Positions 37,901 through 47,641 of a stretch of DNA of 64,000 nucleotides are shown here, one piece after another. Source of the DNA: a virus (Duplodnaviria; Caudoviricetes). Position 1 is the stretch's first letter. Each line of letters opens with the position of its first letter. The DNA lies in IMG/VR virus record IMGVR_UViG_3300021168_000003, positions 1,954 to 65,953 of that record; one strand, written 5' to 3'. A model generated the notes under the pieces. It had not been told where the DNA came from. It saw nothing but the letters and a program-made list of their open reading frames with translations, and searched no databases. The translations under genes and the position numbers were made by a program.

Positions 37901-40852
37901 CTCGGAGGGGCTCCGCATGCCTAGCACGGCCTTCTGGCCGGCGACGCCTGTGGACGCGGCGCGGGAGGCTACGGCTTCCTTGGCCTGGTCGCTGGCTCCG
38001 AACATCTGCTTCAGCTTGTCGATCGGGCCGTAGAGCGGGTCGGAAGGCGACGCGGGTGCGGCGCGGTTCTCCGTCATCACACGGTTACTGGTCTCCATCA
38101 CCTGGTCTAGCATCGTGCGCTGGCCGCCCGCTGGCGCGCCGACGAGGCGGGCTACGATGTTCTTGAAGGCTTGCCACATAGACGTGGGCTTGCCTGGCAT
38201 GGACGGGTCCGCCGGCATCGACCGGAGGGTCTCGCGGAAATCTGGGTTGGAATGGGCCTCGGCGAGGAACTCGTGAACGTTCTGCAGGCCGTAGGCGTCG
38301 CCGTCAGGCGTCTTCGCCTTGACCGCCTCGTAAAGCTTGTTCATGTCCTGGGCGGCCTGGCCGCCGGCCTCTAGCGCCTTGGCGCTGGCTGCGTGGACGG
38401 CTTCGTGCGCCAGGAGCTGGCCTGTCGCCTCACCGGGGCGCACGGTGATCGTGTTCGTCTTGGGGTCGTACATGGCCCCCCTGTCAAACGGGAGGCCTTG
38501 ATCGGAGACAACCACGTTGGCGTCCACGCCGTTACGCGACAGCAGCCGCGACACCGTCTTGACCGTGCCGTTCTCGCCGTTGGTCTGAAGGTAGTCGAGC
38601 TGGTGCTTAAGTGTTCCACCGTTGTTCGCAATGTGTTCTAGGTCCACCCCGGTCTGGGTTGTAGGTGCTGGCGCGGCGCGCGGGCCGTAGAGACCTTTGG
38701 CAGTCGCATCTGCGACAAGGTTGCCGTGGGCCTCGAGTGCGGCCTGTGCCTCAGGGCTGAATTTGTCTAGGTGGTCGTCCCACAGAGCCGTGCCGGTGGG
38801 GTCATGCTGCAGGCCCACTTGCCATAGCTCGTTGAGGTTGGCTGCACGCTTTGGCGTCACGCCCGGCTTGGCGACATCCGTCATCGCCCGCAGGCGGCTG
38901 AGCGACTGCTGGACTGGATCTGTAGGGGCCTTGGCTACCGCTTCCGGCGACGGGGTGCCGTCGACAGGCTTCGCGGGGGCCACGGGTTGTGGTGCGGGGG
39001 GCTCGCCGGTGACGTCCGCTCGCGCGGTTGAGACCGTGGCGGCCTCTTTGACCTTCGCCAAGACCTCTGGGACGTCCGCAGCACCCGGGTTCGTCTGAAC
39101 CTTGTCCAGCACCTCGGTCAGCGCCTTGTCGCCGGCTACCGCCGGCCTAAGCTCTTGTGCTGCGTCCCAGTTGGCCTTCTCGGCCTTGGTGTCGAAAGCG
39201 TCGCGCGGGATCGCGTTCTCGGCGGTCTCTGGGATGATCTTGCCCTTATCCGTCGGGATGTCGAGCGCCTTCGTGCCGCGAAGTTGTGCGTTCGACAACA
39301 GCGCATCACCGTTCTTTGCGGCGTCCGGCAACTTATTCAGGAACGAGGCGCGTTGCGTGTCCTTGTTCGTGTGGTCAAGTTGGTCGTAGAGCTTTTTGCC
39401 GATCGCTTGCGTCAGATCCTTAGCAGCCACCGCAGGCTCGGGTCCGCGACCTTCGAAGTCCTCGGCAGTCGGCAGGGGTGTGAGATCGTGCAGGCCTTGA
39501 ACCTGTTCCGGCGCGGCGTTGGCAGCGTGGGCGTTGATCAGCGCCACATCTTCAGGACGTGGCTGCGGGACACCTTCGCGGCCGGCCACGACCGGCTCAG
39601 CGGCGTGCGGCGTGGTCAGGTCGGCCTCGGTAGGCGCACGGCCAATTGGCTGCGAGAGGTTACGCTCGTCCGGCGCGACGTTGTTGACATGGGCCATGGC
39701 CAGGTCGACCAGGTCCGGGGACGGCTGGGGAGTCCCTGTATCGATGGGTGCGGCTTGGCCTGCAAGGACCGGCTCGCCCCTGGTCTGGGGCTGTGGTGCG
39801 GCAGCGCGTAGCGCTTGTTCGTTCTCAACGTGGCCAGCGAGCTGCTGCTCGAACATGTTCGGCTGCTCGAGGCCTTTGAAGTGCGCGCTGAGCTGGTCAA
39901 GCCGCGCTTGCGGCGTCGCCTGGTACGGGCGGTTGGGGTTGTTCGGCTGCTCGAGCGGGAGCGGTAGTTGCGCGCCGCCTTCGGTCGATGGGCCTCGGCC
40001 TAGCGCGGCGTCGACACCGGCAGCGATATCTGCATTCGGCGCACCTTGTTCAGTTGGGGCTACCTTCGCAAGCGCGTGGAGGCCGCCGCCCATCACTACG
40101 CCGGTCGCGCCTCCGGTCAGCGCAGACGTGATCATCTCGTCCATGCGGAACGGGATGGATCGGTTGTTCATTTGCTGGGCGATAATATCTTGGCCTGCGC
40201 CGGTCACACCGCCGACGAATGCCTGGGACGCCGCGGCGCGCGCGGCCGACTTGGCGACGATACCACCGGCGAGGGTCGCTGCAGCGCGGCCTCCAGACCA
40301 CGCACCAAGCGCAGCCTCCGGCACACCGAGGGCGATCGCCTTAGCGGCCTGGCCGCGGGTCAGCGGGCCGTTGGAGTCCTCTGACGTCTCGACGTTGCCG
40401 CCGATCATCTGGGGGAGCGAAGCGATGCCTGCACCGACCGCGGGGCCGACAGCCTCCGGGGCGACTACAGCAGCACCGAGTGTGGCCAGTGCGCCAGGCG
40501 CGCCCTTCAGCACCTGATAGCCGATGTTCGACGGGCTCCAAGGATGGTCTTGTGCGTTCTGCTCAAGCTCAGGGCTCTGGAAGCCTGCGGCGGTGCCGCG
40601 GAGGCGCTGGGCCCAGTCGGCCGCGGTGTTCGCAATGGTGTCAGCGCCGACGAGCTTAGCGGCGGCCTGACCGGACTGGACGACGTTGGCCGCCGTGCCG
40701 AGAGCGCCCGCGACCGGAGCTTCGACGTAGCCCATGAGACCGTTGTCGCCCGTTGACTTGGGCGGAGGCATGCCTCTGCCAGGCGCTGGACCAGCCGGCG
40801 CGGTAGGGGGTGGTGCGTAAGCCTGTGAGAGGATGTCGTCGTAGATCGACAT
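34910..40852 (-). CDS. large internal virion/ejection protein with HEXXH metallopeptidase-like domain
   Basis: 1980 aa; LLAHEAVH...EFLAEA motif; helical C-terminus. Confidence 0.7.
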   Translation of the reverse strand: MSIYDDILSQAYAPPPTAPAGPAPGRGMPPPKSTGDNGLMGYVEAPVAGALGTAANVVQSGQAAAKLVGADTIANTAADWAQRLRGTAAGFQSPELEQNAQDHPWSPSNIGYQVLKGAPGALATLGAAVVAPEAVGPAVGAGIASLPQMIGGNVETSEDSNGPLTRGQAAKAIALGVPEAALGAWSGGRAAATLAGGIVAKSAARAAASQAFVGGVTGAGQDIIAQQMNNRSIPFRMDEMITSALTGGATGVVMGGGLHALAKVAPTEQGAPNADIAAGVDAALGRGPSTEGGAQLPLPLEQPNNPNRPYQATPQARLDQLSAHFKGLEQPNMFEQQLAGHVENEQALRAAAPQPQTRGEPVLAGQAAPIDTGTPQPSPDLVDLAMAHVNNVAPDERNLSQPIGRAPTEADLTTPHAAEPVVAGREGVPQPRPEDVALINAHAANAAPEQVQGLHDLTPLPTAEDFEGRGPEPAVAAKDLTQAIGKKLYDQLDHTNKDTQRASFLNKLPDAAKNGDALLSNAQLRGTKALDIPTDKGKIIPETAENAIPRDAFDTKAEKANWDAAQELRPAVAGDKALTEVLDKVQTNPGAADVPEVLAKVKEAATVSTARADVTGEPPAPQPVAPAKPVDGTPSPEAVAKAPTDPVQQSLSRLRAMTDVAKPGVTPKRAANLNELWQVGLQHDPTGTALWDDHLDKFSPEAQAALEAHGNLVADATAKGLYGPRAAPAPTTQTGVDLEHIANNGGTLKHQLDYLQTNGENGTVKTVSRLLSRNGVDANVVVSDQGLPFDRGAMYDPKTNTITVRPGEATGQLLAHEAVHAASAKALEAGGQAAQDMNKLYEAVKAKTPDGDAYGLQNVHEFLAEAHSNPDFRETLRSMPADPSMPGKPTSMWQAFKNIVARLVGAPAGGQRTMLDQVMETSNRVMTENRAAPASPSDPLYGPIDKLKQMFGASDQAKEAVASRAASTGVAGQKAVLGMRSPSEIVAGVAKQVPSAARWFNAVETESNQKNAWNKSRAVAHNAYMALTGAERAGHDAAAAATYFGIDPRKPPAQMNPELMRQPNAPELLRAANDAYRTYNGLSPAAKAAFQMRVDTNQASKAASFAMALDRTMKFLHPELTAGFENNPARDYQMSKAGMEAHDAPALSKKFWTDEIDKRMATVSAAANAEKVMAPGGDMTKASQAARDKVESLERWVDGADALKKSFDGVPYFRAGRGNGNFFAAGTIAPDETGLPKAAAVAAINARLEKDGFGDSIIDRANGNNKMYIKTDSLDKVQRLEAAFRDLQKQGHLSADDPVSSGSAEQAVHHGVAPKFMQDVISTIEANKPTLPDDMDPTAKAEFMAAWNKSAQDMTRDLMDMLSDSSPTKINAERKDVQGMAMDVGRQARDTDANVSAMLARQGTADDKGAAISGMRDDMRSLNENEAVTPADRKTAQDAVTELMNRETRRPTTKPNGLVNALTWITRASEIGFNPAYFVTLHAQDWTYSWGELGKTHGMAASARELAKAELPSIKVMRAMTKDPDWSFAGMRKSTLEKGGVSEKDAEYLTALDNMGAMTHGALTQSMFSEEGEGLRAKIANMSTAMGRYAEVQPRIKLALAARALWRGEAKDGPLLDFAAKKIKGAQFDYSAENAPRQLTRSGMFGDFSPLINQFMSYRTKATEKLIREFHQMFAGETAQDKVEAGKFLAAHLAATTVLAGAMGMPMAAVFASVYDKMADELTGSPTHDIMGSFRHYLALTYGKTAGIAMARGIPAALGVDLSHLGDQKIAPGSDLLMMWSEKRKFEDAEKDWLKNLAGSSVGLAMNWGLGARDMANGDYVNGAVKMAPEALKGPIEALRDKLYGYRDKGGTPLGITPRGIDLALEAMGFDPTKVATMQMNKNVLSGLEARRQYQSQNITQHLAKAEQLHDPAAMKYWEQQSTDYQHEWPGMKPPIADLGRYLDTHLREAAEAKALGAPMGIRPNNVTERKFFSGGMLQP

Positions 40853-40854
40853 CG

Positions 40855-42126
40855 TTATTGGACCGGGTTGCCGTTTTCGTCCGTCTGATCGGTCGTTCCG
40901 TCATTGTACGTCTTGACGTAGGGTGCGGACCCGCTGAACGTCTGCATCTCGCGTTCGAGCTCGATCAGCGCGGCATTACGCGCGTCACCCTTCGGCATCC
41001 CGGCGAGCCGGCCGCCCTGCTGGCCGATCAGCGCGTTGAACACGGCCGTCTTCGGATCGTAATGCTGCATGCCCCACATCATCTGCATCTGGTGCAGGTT
41101 CATGCCGCGGGTCGCCTTGACGAACTCGTCAGGCAGATACGCGCTGGGCGCGCCGATCGCGTGCTGTTGCGCGGGCGAGAGCTGGTGCTGGCTCGCCGCG
41201 TGGGGCGCGTGGCGGGGCTGCGCGGCGACCGGGCCCTCATCGGTCACGGTGGCCTGATCCTGCGCAGTCGGGACCGGAACGGGTTGGCCTGGGGCAGGCA
41301 TACCACGGCCACCGGCAGGTAGGCCTGCGGCGTGATTTAGGATGTCGTGACGAGCCTGTGACAGATCGAAGCCGCCAGCTTGGGGGCTGGTCTGCATCCT
41401 AGCAGCAAGGCTTTCAGGTAGCGCCGCAACTTGCTCAGGAGCGACGGCGTCGTGGGGGAGTGCGCTAGGTGCGGCTGTCGGAGCCGCGGCGGCAGGGGCT
41501 GCGGCGGCAGGGGCTGCGGCGGCAGGGGCTGCCGTAGCGGGTGCGGGGGCCGCAGGGCCTCCGAATACCGCGGACGAGAGGTAGTCGCGGGCGTTGTGAA
41601 GCATCGCGCCGATGCCCCCACCGGTGCCGGCCTCTGCGGCTGGCGTAAACCGCTGAGCGGTGACCGGTGTGCCGGCGTTCTTCACCGCGTTAATAGCGTT
41701 GGAAATAGTAGCGCCCTCGTTCTGAGGTGCGAACCGGTTGGTGTCGGCGGCGGGTGGCGCAACGTAATTCGGGTCGAGGATGCGGGTCGGAGCGCCAATG
41801 CGCACGCCTGGGTCGCCCGGCTGAACAGTGCCCCCTTCTGCGAAATGCTGCACCGGTTTAGCGGTGGCATCATTCATGGCCTTGTCGAATAGGCTGGAGA
41901 ACCCACTGACCGCAACACCCTGAGGGGTCACTGAGTTGATGGCGTCGATAATCTTCGAGTTGCCGGACGGCTGCACGGTGGTGGTGCCTTCGGCGAAGTG
42001 GGCAGGCTTTTTCGGCGGCACCATGCCGCGCGCGGATGTCTGGGTGTGGCTCGGGGGCGCGACGGGGTACGCCGGCAGCGGAGCCGGCTTGGTCTCTTGC
42101 GGCTTGATTGCGGGTGCGATAGCCAT
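40855..42126 (-). CDS. Pro/Ala-rich putative ejection protein
   Basis: HFAEG.TVQP twice; AAPAA repeats. Confidence 0.5.
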   Translation of the reverse strand: MAIAPAIKPQETKPAPLPAYPVAPPSHTQTSARGMVPPKKPAHFAEGTTTVQPSGNSKIIDAINSVTPQGVAVSGFSSLFDKAMNDATAKPVQHFAEGGTVQPGDPGVRIGAPTRILDPNYVAPPAADTNRFAPQNEGATISNAINAVKNAGTPVTAQRFTPAAEAGTGGGIGAMLHNARDYLSSAVFGGPAAPAPATAAPAAAAPAAAAPAAAAPTAAPSALPHDAVAPEQVAALPESLAARMQTSPQAGGFDLSQARHDILNHAAGLPAGGRGMPAPGQPVPVPTAQDQATVTDEGPVAAQPRHAPHAASQHQLSPAQQHAIGAPSAYLPDEFVKATRGMNLHQMQMMWGMQHYDPKTAVFNALIGQQGGRLAGMPKGDARNAALIELEREMQTFSGSAPYVKTYNDGTTDQTDENGNPVQ

Positions 42127-42127
42127 C

Positions 42128-42964
42128 TCAACTTTCCCAAGTCCAGCCGTTGTTGCCGAAGCCCCACTGCAGAGGTGTGAAGAACTTCCGCAGCGCTATG
42201 CGGCGCGCTTTGTCGACATTCGCCAAGAACTTCTTCTCGAAGTTCTCTGCGCGCTCGACGGCGTTGGCCCCCGCCACGTCAGTGTCCACGTTCGAGAGCG
42301 CAAGATACGCTGCGTGATCAAGTATGTCTAGGTGGTTGGCGGCCGGGATTTCGGGGTAAGCGTTGAGGTTCTTGATGGTGAGATCGTCGATCGGCTCGCG
42401 GCACACGCGCAGCTGCACGACGTTGCCGTCGTAGGGCGCGGCGCAGATCGGGTAGAGCCGCAGGCTCATGGCCCCGAAACTACCATTGGCGTCAGCAACG
42501 ACGCCCTCGTCAGTGGCGAATGCGCGAGGCTTGCCGGGCGGCAGGTTCTCGAGCTGGTTGACGTCGAACAGCATCAGGTCTGGAGTGTGGTAGGTGTCGA
42601 ACCCGTCGTGCCCCGCCTTCACTAGATCTTGGAAGTCGGGTGGGTTCGTCACGGTCGGCTGAACCACGGACACGCCGCCGAGCTGGCGTGCGGAAATCAC
42701 CGCCACGATGCTGGGATCAAGCGGGTAGAACTCTTGGCTGTCGACGGTGGTGACCCTGGTGATCGTCGAGGTGTAGTCGCGGATGCAGAGGCTCTCGCGC
42801 GCGAACTTGCGCGCGGCCTCGTTGATATAGCGAACGAGCTGGTCGTCATCCCACAGATAGTCAGTGGACGCGCCACTTACCTGGTCTGACACGTCGTGGA
42901 GCCGGCCCTTGCGCAACTCTTTGAGCAGGGCACCTAGTTTCCAGCCGGCAGCCATGGGGCGCAC
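42128..42964 (-). CDS. head-tail adaptor-like protein
   Basis: LWDDDQLVRYINEA, PEIP...H..I.D.AAY.A. Confidence 0.6.
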   Translation of the reverse strand: MRPMAAGWKLGALLKELRKGRLHDVSDQVSGASTDYLWDDDQLVRYINEAARKFARESLCIRDYTSTITRVTTVDSQEFYPLDPSIVAVISARQLGGVSVVQPTVTNPPDFQDLVKAGHDGFDTYHTPDLMLFDVNQLENLPPGKPRAFATDEGVVADANGSFGAMSLRLYPICAAPYDGNVVQLRVCREPIDDLTIKNLNAYPEIPAANHLDILDHAAYLALSNVDTDVAGANAVERAENFEKKFLANVDKARRIALRKFFTPLQWGFGNNGWTWES

Positions 42965-42969
42965 TCCTG

Positions 42970-43434
42970 TTAGGCGACAGGGGCCGCCACGATCGAGTAC
43001 GGGAACCGTAGTCGCTGACGATACCCTACTACCTGCAGTGTGTCCGGGTCAACGTCAGGAATGTCTTCGACCGCGGCCTCCAGGACATCGACGATGCCTT
43101 GCGGCACGAACGCCTTCTTGCCCGGCTTGAGCAGGAACCCTGCGCCGTTGATGCCGAAGAACTGGCCTTGGCCCCGCATGATATGAGGGCTTTCCTGGAG
43201 CACGATCCAGACGCGGTTCTGGAGGACGTTCGGCGCGGCGTTGACCTTGGCGACGATGCCCGGCTCAACCGCTGCGATCGCGGCGGCGGCGTTGGCTGCA
43301 GCCGCCTCTGGCGTCGCACTCATTTCGGCCATGAGCTCCGCGCGGAGCTGGGCTTTAAGGGCTGCCAAGATTTCGGTCTGGGACCTGCGCTTGCGCTTGA
43401 TGGGGGTATTCTTGGTCTCGAGTTCTTCGGTCAT
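42970..43434 (-). CDS. hypothetical protein of the head module
   Basis: GING..F.L.PG...VP...V.VL..A; AGGAG RBS. Confidence 0.55.
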   Translation of the reverse strand: MTEELETKNTPIKRKRRSQTEILAALKAQLRAELMAEMSATPEAAAANAAAAIAAVEPGIVAKVNAAPNVLQNRVWIVLQESPHIMRGQGQFFGINGAGFLLKPGKKAFVPQGIVDVLEAAVEDIPDVDPDTLQVVGYRQRLRFPYSIVAAPVA

Positions 43435-43608
43435 GTTAAGTCTCCTGTGTTGAGTAACGTCCAGCCTTGGGTGGTGATCCACCTAAGGAAGTCTTCAGCG
43501 ATCTGCTCATCAGTTGCGCCAGCATTGTGAACTGCGGCAAAGCCGCCTGAGTTCGCCCAGGCGACGATCATCTGCTTCGCAGCCTCATCGACCGGCACGT
43601 CAGTGTCC

Positions 43609-44262
43609 TCAGGCCTTAAGGATGGCGAACCCGATCTTGATGGCGGCGTTCAGCGCGACCGAAGCGTCCACGTTCTTGACGATGACCGTCAGTGTGTTGG
43701 ACGTGCATTTCGCAGACAAGAGCTGCGGGGTGCCGGCGGTGCCGTTGCTGTCGATCGAGACAAGGGCCAAGTCGCCTGCGGCGACCGTGCTGTTTGTCAG
43801 GGTCAAGGTGTAGGACGACCCGGCCGCCGTAGAAAGAGCTTCAGACGTGACGATACCGGCCGACTTGTTGAGGGTGGCTGCGCCGGCCGTGGCCGTGGCG
43901 GTCTTGGTGCCTGTGTCGAGTTTGAGGCTCTGCACCGTCGCGAGGCCCGACGTAACGATGGTCGTCACAGCGGTGACCGCGCCGCTGATAGCAGCCGAGG
44001 CAGCGGTGACCGCGCCGGTGATGGCCGCGGAGGCCGCCGAGATCGCGCCGGTCAGCGTGGCCGCGCCCGTGAGCGCAGTCGTGCCGGTGACTGACAAGTT
44101 ACCGCCGACCGAGAGGTCGGAGCCGGAGTTGATCGACGTCGCGGATGCGCCGACGATGAGCGCCTTGAAGGCGGTCTTGCTGGCGTCGGCCTCGATCGGC
44201 CGCGCATCAGCCTGGAACGCCACGATGTTGCCGTAGGCGTCAGTGGCTACGATGGTGCTCAT
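43609..44262 (-). CDS. putative head decoration/fibre protein
   Basis: C-terminal domain paralogous to 44270..44650. Confidence 0.55.
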   Translation of the reverse strand: MSTIVATDAYGNIVAFQADARPIEADASKTAFKALIVGASATSINSGSDLSVGGNLSVTGTTALTGAATLTGAISAASAAITGAVTAASAAISGAVTAVTTIVTSGLATVQSLKLDTGTKTATATAGAATLNKSAGIVTSEALSTAAGSSYTLTLTNSTVAAGDLALVSIDSNGTAGTPQLLSAKCTSNTLTVIVKNVDASVALNAAIKIGFAILKA

Positions 44263-44269
44263 GGCAACC

Positions 44270-44650
44270 TCAGTTGAAAACGACGAACTGGATCTTGATC
44301 GCCGCGTTGAAAGCCGCCGAGGCGTGGATGTTCTGGATGATGATGACCACCGAGCCGGCCGCAGGCTTGACCGAGGCAACCGTCGGCGTGCCGCCAGTGC
44401 CTGCGCCGAGGTTGACCGAAACCATCACGAGCGAGCTCGCGAGGATCTTGTTGTTCGTCAGCGTCAGCGTGTACGTCGACCCAGCGGTCGTCGTCAGGGC
44501 TTCCGACGTGATGTTGCCGAAACCGGCATTGAGCGTGGCAGCGTTCGAAGCAGCCGTGGCGACTTCATTGCCGACCGGAGTCGTGCTCTGGTCATCGACC
44601 TGGATCGAGATGCGGTCGCCGCCGCCGGTGCGGATGGAATGGGCCTTCAT
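44270..44650 (-). CDS. putative head decoration protein
   Basis: AATLN..G.ITSEALTT.AGS.YTLTLTN. Confidence 0.55.
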   Translation of the reverse strand: MKAHSIRTGGGDRISIQVDDQSTTPVGNEVATAASNAATLNAGFGNITSEALTTTAGSTYTLTLTNNKILASSLVMVSVNLGAGTGGTPTVASVKPAAGSVVIIIQNIHASAAFNAAIKIQFVVFN

Positions 44651-44728
44651 GGGAGTTGCTCCTTAGTAAAACGGGGGGCGCGATGGCCCCCCGCATAGAC
44701 GTGCCCTGCGAGGGTCCGTCTGGATGGA

Positions 44729-45259
44729 TTACGCCAGGATGCGGAACGTGCAGACCTGGGAAGCGACGACCAGGGCGGCCGGGAACTTGACGTAGCAGAC
44801 GTTGCCGTCGCCGCCGTCCGAGTCCGCGAACACCGCCATGGCTCCCGAGGTCAGCTCGGCTTCGTCGGCTCCGACGAGCGAGGAGATCTCGTATGCGCCC
44901 ATGCCGTGCATCCACTGGTAGAAGCCGACTTCCGTGGTCGTGAGACCAACGTTCAGTTCGATCTTCGTCGGGTAGAAGCCAACCGGTATGAAGACGGCCA
45001 CGGCCGAACCAGCCTGCGTGAACCCGCCAGCGATGCCGTCGTTGCCTTCGCCGCCGACTTGGCGGCAGTTGGCGGCGATCAGCGTGTAGGTGTCGCTGCC
45101 CGAGGCGGAGATGGGGGCGGCGGCGTTCTGATTGACCGAGCCGGTGGTGCTGCCAGCAGTGGCAGAAACGCCCATGTTCTGGAGGTTACCCGGAGCGACG
45201 TAGGTCGAGGGGAACGACGTGCCATGGATGGCCGGGTCGATGATGCCGTAAGCGGTCAT
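44729..45259 (-). CDS. putative minor capsid/decoration protein
   Basis: immediately downstream of the major capsid gene; GFYPTKIEL. Confidence 0.5.
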   Translation of the reverse strand: MTAYGIIDPAIHGTSFPSTYVAPGNLQNMGVSATAGSTTGSVNQNAAAPISASGSDTYTLIAANCRQVGGEGNDGIAGGFTQAGSAVAVFIPVGFYPTKIELNVGLTTTEVGFYQWMHGMGAYEISSLVGADEAELTSGAMAVFADSDGGDGNVCYVKFPAALVVASQVCTFRILA

Positions 45260-45314
45260 TGGAGCTCTCCTGAGCTGAAAGGGTTGACGGGGGCACTAGG
45301 CCCCCGCGTTTGGA

Positions 45315-46376
45315 TTACGCCGTCGCGCCAACTTCGAGGCGAGCCATGAAGGCGTCCTGAAGGATGACCGTGCCGGTCCAGAGCTTCCACCCGACCGTCC
45401 CGCGCTGCCCGAGGGGGTCGCCCGCGGCCGGCTTGGGGTTCACGACCATGGGGGCCATCGAGCTCTTGCCCTTGAGGGGCACGATCCCGAACGCATCTCT
45501 TCCGAACACGAGGATCGGATAGATGTCGGCGGAGGTGCCGGTCGTCGAGCGCAAGCTGCCCTTCGCCCCACCAGCGTCGGCAACCGGAGCCGCAATCGTC
45601 GTCAGGATGTAGCGGACCTGCTCGACCGACCCGATTTCGCCCTCGAAGGGGGACGTGTGCGGGCCGTACTTCGCGACCGGCACGAAGCCAGTCATGTTGC
45701 GGATGTCGCTCTCGAGATCCGGGTGGCCAACCGCCATGTAAGCGGCTTCGACCGAGGTCGTGTTGAAGGCAGGCGTGCTCGCGACAACCTTGGTTATTTT
45801 CTTCGCGTTCTGCCTGTTCAGGCCCGTCGTCACCCGGCGCTGATCGGCGAGGGCGACCGCAGTCACGACCGACGAGCGGCCAGAGACGTTGTTGCCGTAC
45901 CAGACGTTCGTGCCGGCCTTGAGGACGTTCCAGCGGAGCGTCTCGACGGTCACCGCGGCGTTCTCGCCGAGGATTTCCGTCATCTGCGCCAGGACAGGGT
46001 CCGTGTGCGTGTCCAGGATCACGTCAGTGATCGTGGCGAAATTTCCGTATTGGAACAGCTGGACCGTGTAGTCCGTGTTGGTCAGCGTCGCGCCGGAGGG
46101 CGTCACGCCTTCCGTCAACGGCGTCGTGGCCGTCGGGATGCTGAACGCCGTGCCAGCGCCGTTCGTGCCTGCACCGTTGTCCGGGCCGGCCGCGCCGCCA
46201 GCGCCCGTCAGGTAGTAACGACGGAACTTGGCAGTCTGCGTGGACTGGGTCGGGAGGGGATAGGTCTGGCCGAATTTCTCTAGAACGAGCAAGGGCATAG
46301 CCCGCTCGAGCATTTTGACGACACTGTACGCGGCTACTGCCGGCGAAATGTCACCATAACTCGTGATCGCAACCAT
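45315..46376 (-). CDS. major capsid protein, N4-gp56 family
   Basis: YGDISP, KFRRY, LTEGVTP, QYG, GEIG.VE.VR, DPLGQRG.VGWK. Confidence 0.88.
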   Translation of the reverse strand: MVAITSYGDISPAVAAYSVVKMLERAMPLLVLEKFGQTYPLPTQSTQTAKFRRYYLTGAGGAAGPDNGAGTNGAGTAFSIPTATTPLTEGVTPSGATLTNTDYTVQLFQYGNFATITDVILDTHTDPVLAQMTEILGENAAVTVETLRWNVLKAGTNVWYGNNVSGRSSVVTAVALADQRRVTTGLNRQNAKKITKVVASTPAFNTTSVEAAYMAVGHPDLESDIRNMTGFVPVAKYGPHTSPFEGEIGSVEQVRYILTTIAAPVADAGGAKGSLRSTTGTSADIYPILVFGRDAFGIVPLKGKSSMAPMVVNPKPAAGDPLGQRGTVGWKLWTGTVILQDAFMARLEVGATA

Positions 46377-46436
46377 CGTGGGGCTCCATTAGCCAAAGGG
46401 TTTCGGGCCTTGGCAGTGGAGCGCCGCGCGGTTCGC

Positions 46437-47348
46437 TTACTTCGTGTTGGCGAACTTGTCCCAGGCGTCGTCAAACGTCACAGGGTCAGCGGAAGTCACA
46501 ACTGCCGTTGCTCTGGAAACGACTGGGGCCAGAGAGCGCGCCGCTTGTTTGGCCGCCTCGGACAGCTCATGTCCTGTGGGCTTCGCTACCGGGGTCTGCG
46601 TCGGTGACACTGACGTCCCAGTGGCCTTGCGCCACTCGTCGACTAGCCATTTGACATCGCCGACTTCTCCCGTGTCTATAACGCCCTTGTACGCGGCGCG
46701 CAAGGGGGCTGGGATACTTCGGTCAGTGGCGACCCACTTGGTCACCGGATCGTAGACAGCGTCGTAGTCAGGGACGGCGCGATGGAGCGTGTCCATGTGG
46801 TGATCTTGTTGAACTGTCTGCATATTTTCGATAGCAGGGGCGACGTAGTCGTTGACCTGGCGCATGATGTAGGCGTTGTTCTGCACTGTCGTGCCGCGCA
46901 TCGCCAGCTGAAACGCCTTCATAAGGTCAGGGTAGTCCTTCTCAGCGGCCTGCAGTGTGGCGATCTCCTCGTCAGTGTAGAGACGGGGGGCTGGCTGCGG
47001 CTGGCCGCGCGCGGGTGCGGGCGGCGGCGCGCGGCGGTCTAGGACGTCTGCGAGACGCTCAAGGATGCCAGCTTCGTCCGATCGTACTGAAGCTGCGGGA
47101 GTGGCAGGAACAACAACGGGTGCCACGACCGGATCGGTGGACACTGCATCGGGATCTGCAACGACCACGGGGTCAGTGGCTCCAGCGTCGGCCACGGCGG
47201 GCTCAACGGCAACGGCTGCGGGGGTGGCTGCGACGGTAACATCAGTGGCTCCAAAATCAGATGGGACCGGCTTCTTGTTGGCGGCCAGGTCACCAAGGTT
47301 GTCGAAGAATTTGCCGAAGTCATCTTCGGCGGTGGTTTCCGTGCTCAT
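46437..47348 (-). CDS. putative scaffolding protein
   Basis: acidic/Pro-rich; between portal and capsid; C-terminal FDDAW..F. Confidence 0.65.
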   Translation of the reverse strand: MSTETTAEDDFGKFFDNLGDLAANKKPVPSDFGATDVTVAATPAAVAVEPAVADAGATDPVVVADPDAVSTDPVVAPVVVPATPAASVRSDEAGILERLADVLDRRAPPPAPARGQPQPAPRLYTDEEIATLQAAEKDYPDLMKAFQLAMRGTTVQNNAYIMRQVNDYVAPAIENMQTVQQDHHMDTLHRAVPDYDAVYDPVTKWVATDRSIPAPLRAAYKGVIDTGEVGDVKWLVDEWRKATGTSVSPTQTPVAKPTGHELSEAAKQAARSLAPVVSRATAVVTSADPVTFDDAWDKFANTK

Positions 47349-47641
47349 GTGTAAGTCTCCTTTGAGGGCAACGGGGGTGGGTTAACAGTGAGTTCGTGGA
47401 TCAGCCTGCGCAGGCCTAGCGCCATGCCTCTGAACCCTTGAATGTCAGTGTCGTCGCAGCTGACTAAAGTTTCCTTGGTCTCTTCATACCTGAGGGCTAG
47501 GAGCTGCAGGAGGGCCATTATCGCCGGGCTGCGGTCCCGCTCCCTGCGGATCACCTCCGCCAAGGCTGCCATCTGGGCCTTGCGGGTTGGCGGTGCCGTC
47601 GATTGTGGGTCCTGGGAGTTGTGGCTGGGGGACTGCACCAT
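47345..47641 (-). CDS. small head-assembly protein
   Basis: KETLV....QG.RG.A..L..LI motif; overlaps the portal 3' end. Confidence 0.5.
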   Translation of the reverse strand: MVQSPSHNSQDPQSTAPPTRKAQMAALAEVIRRERDRSPAIMALLQLLALRYEETKETLVSCDDTDIQGFRGMALGLRRLIHELTVNPPPLPSKETYT

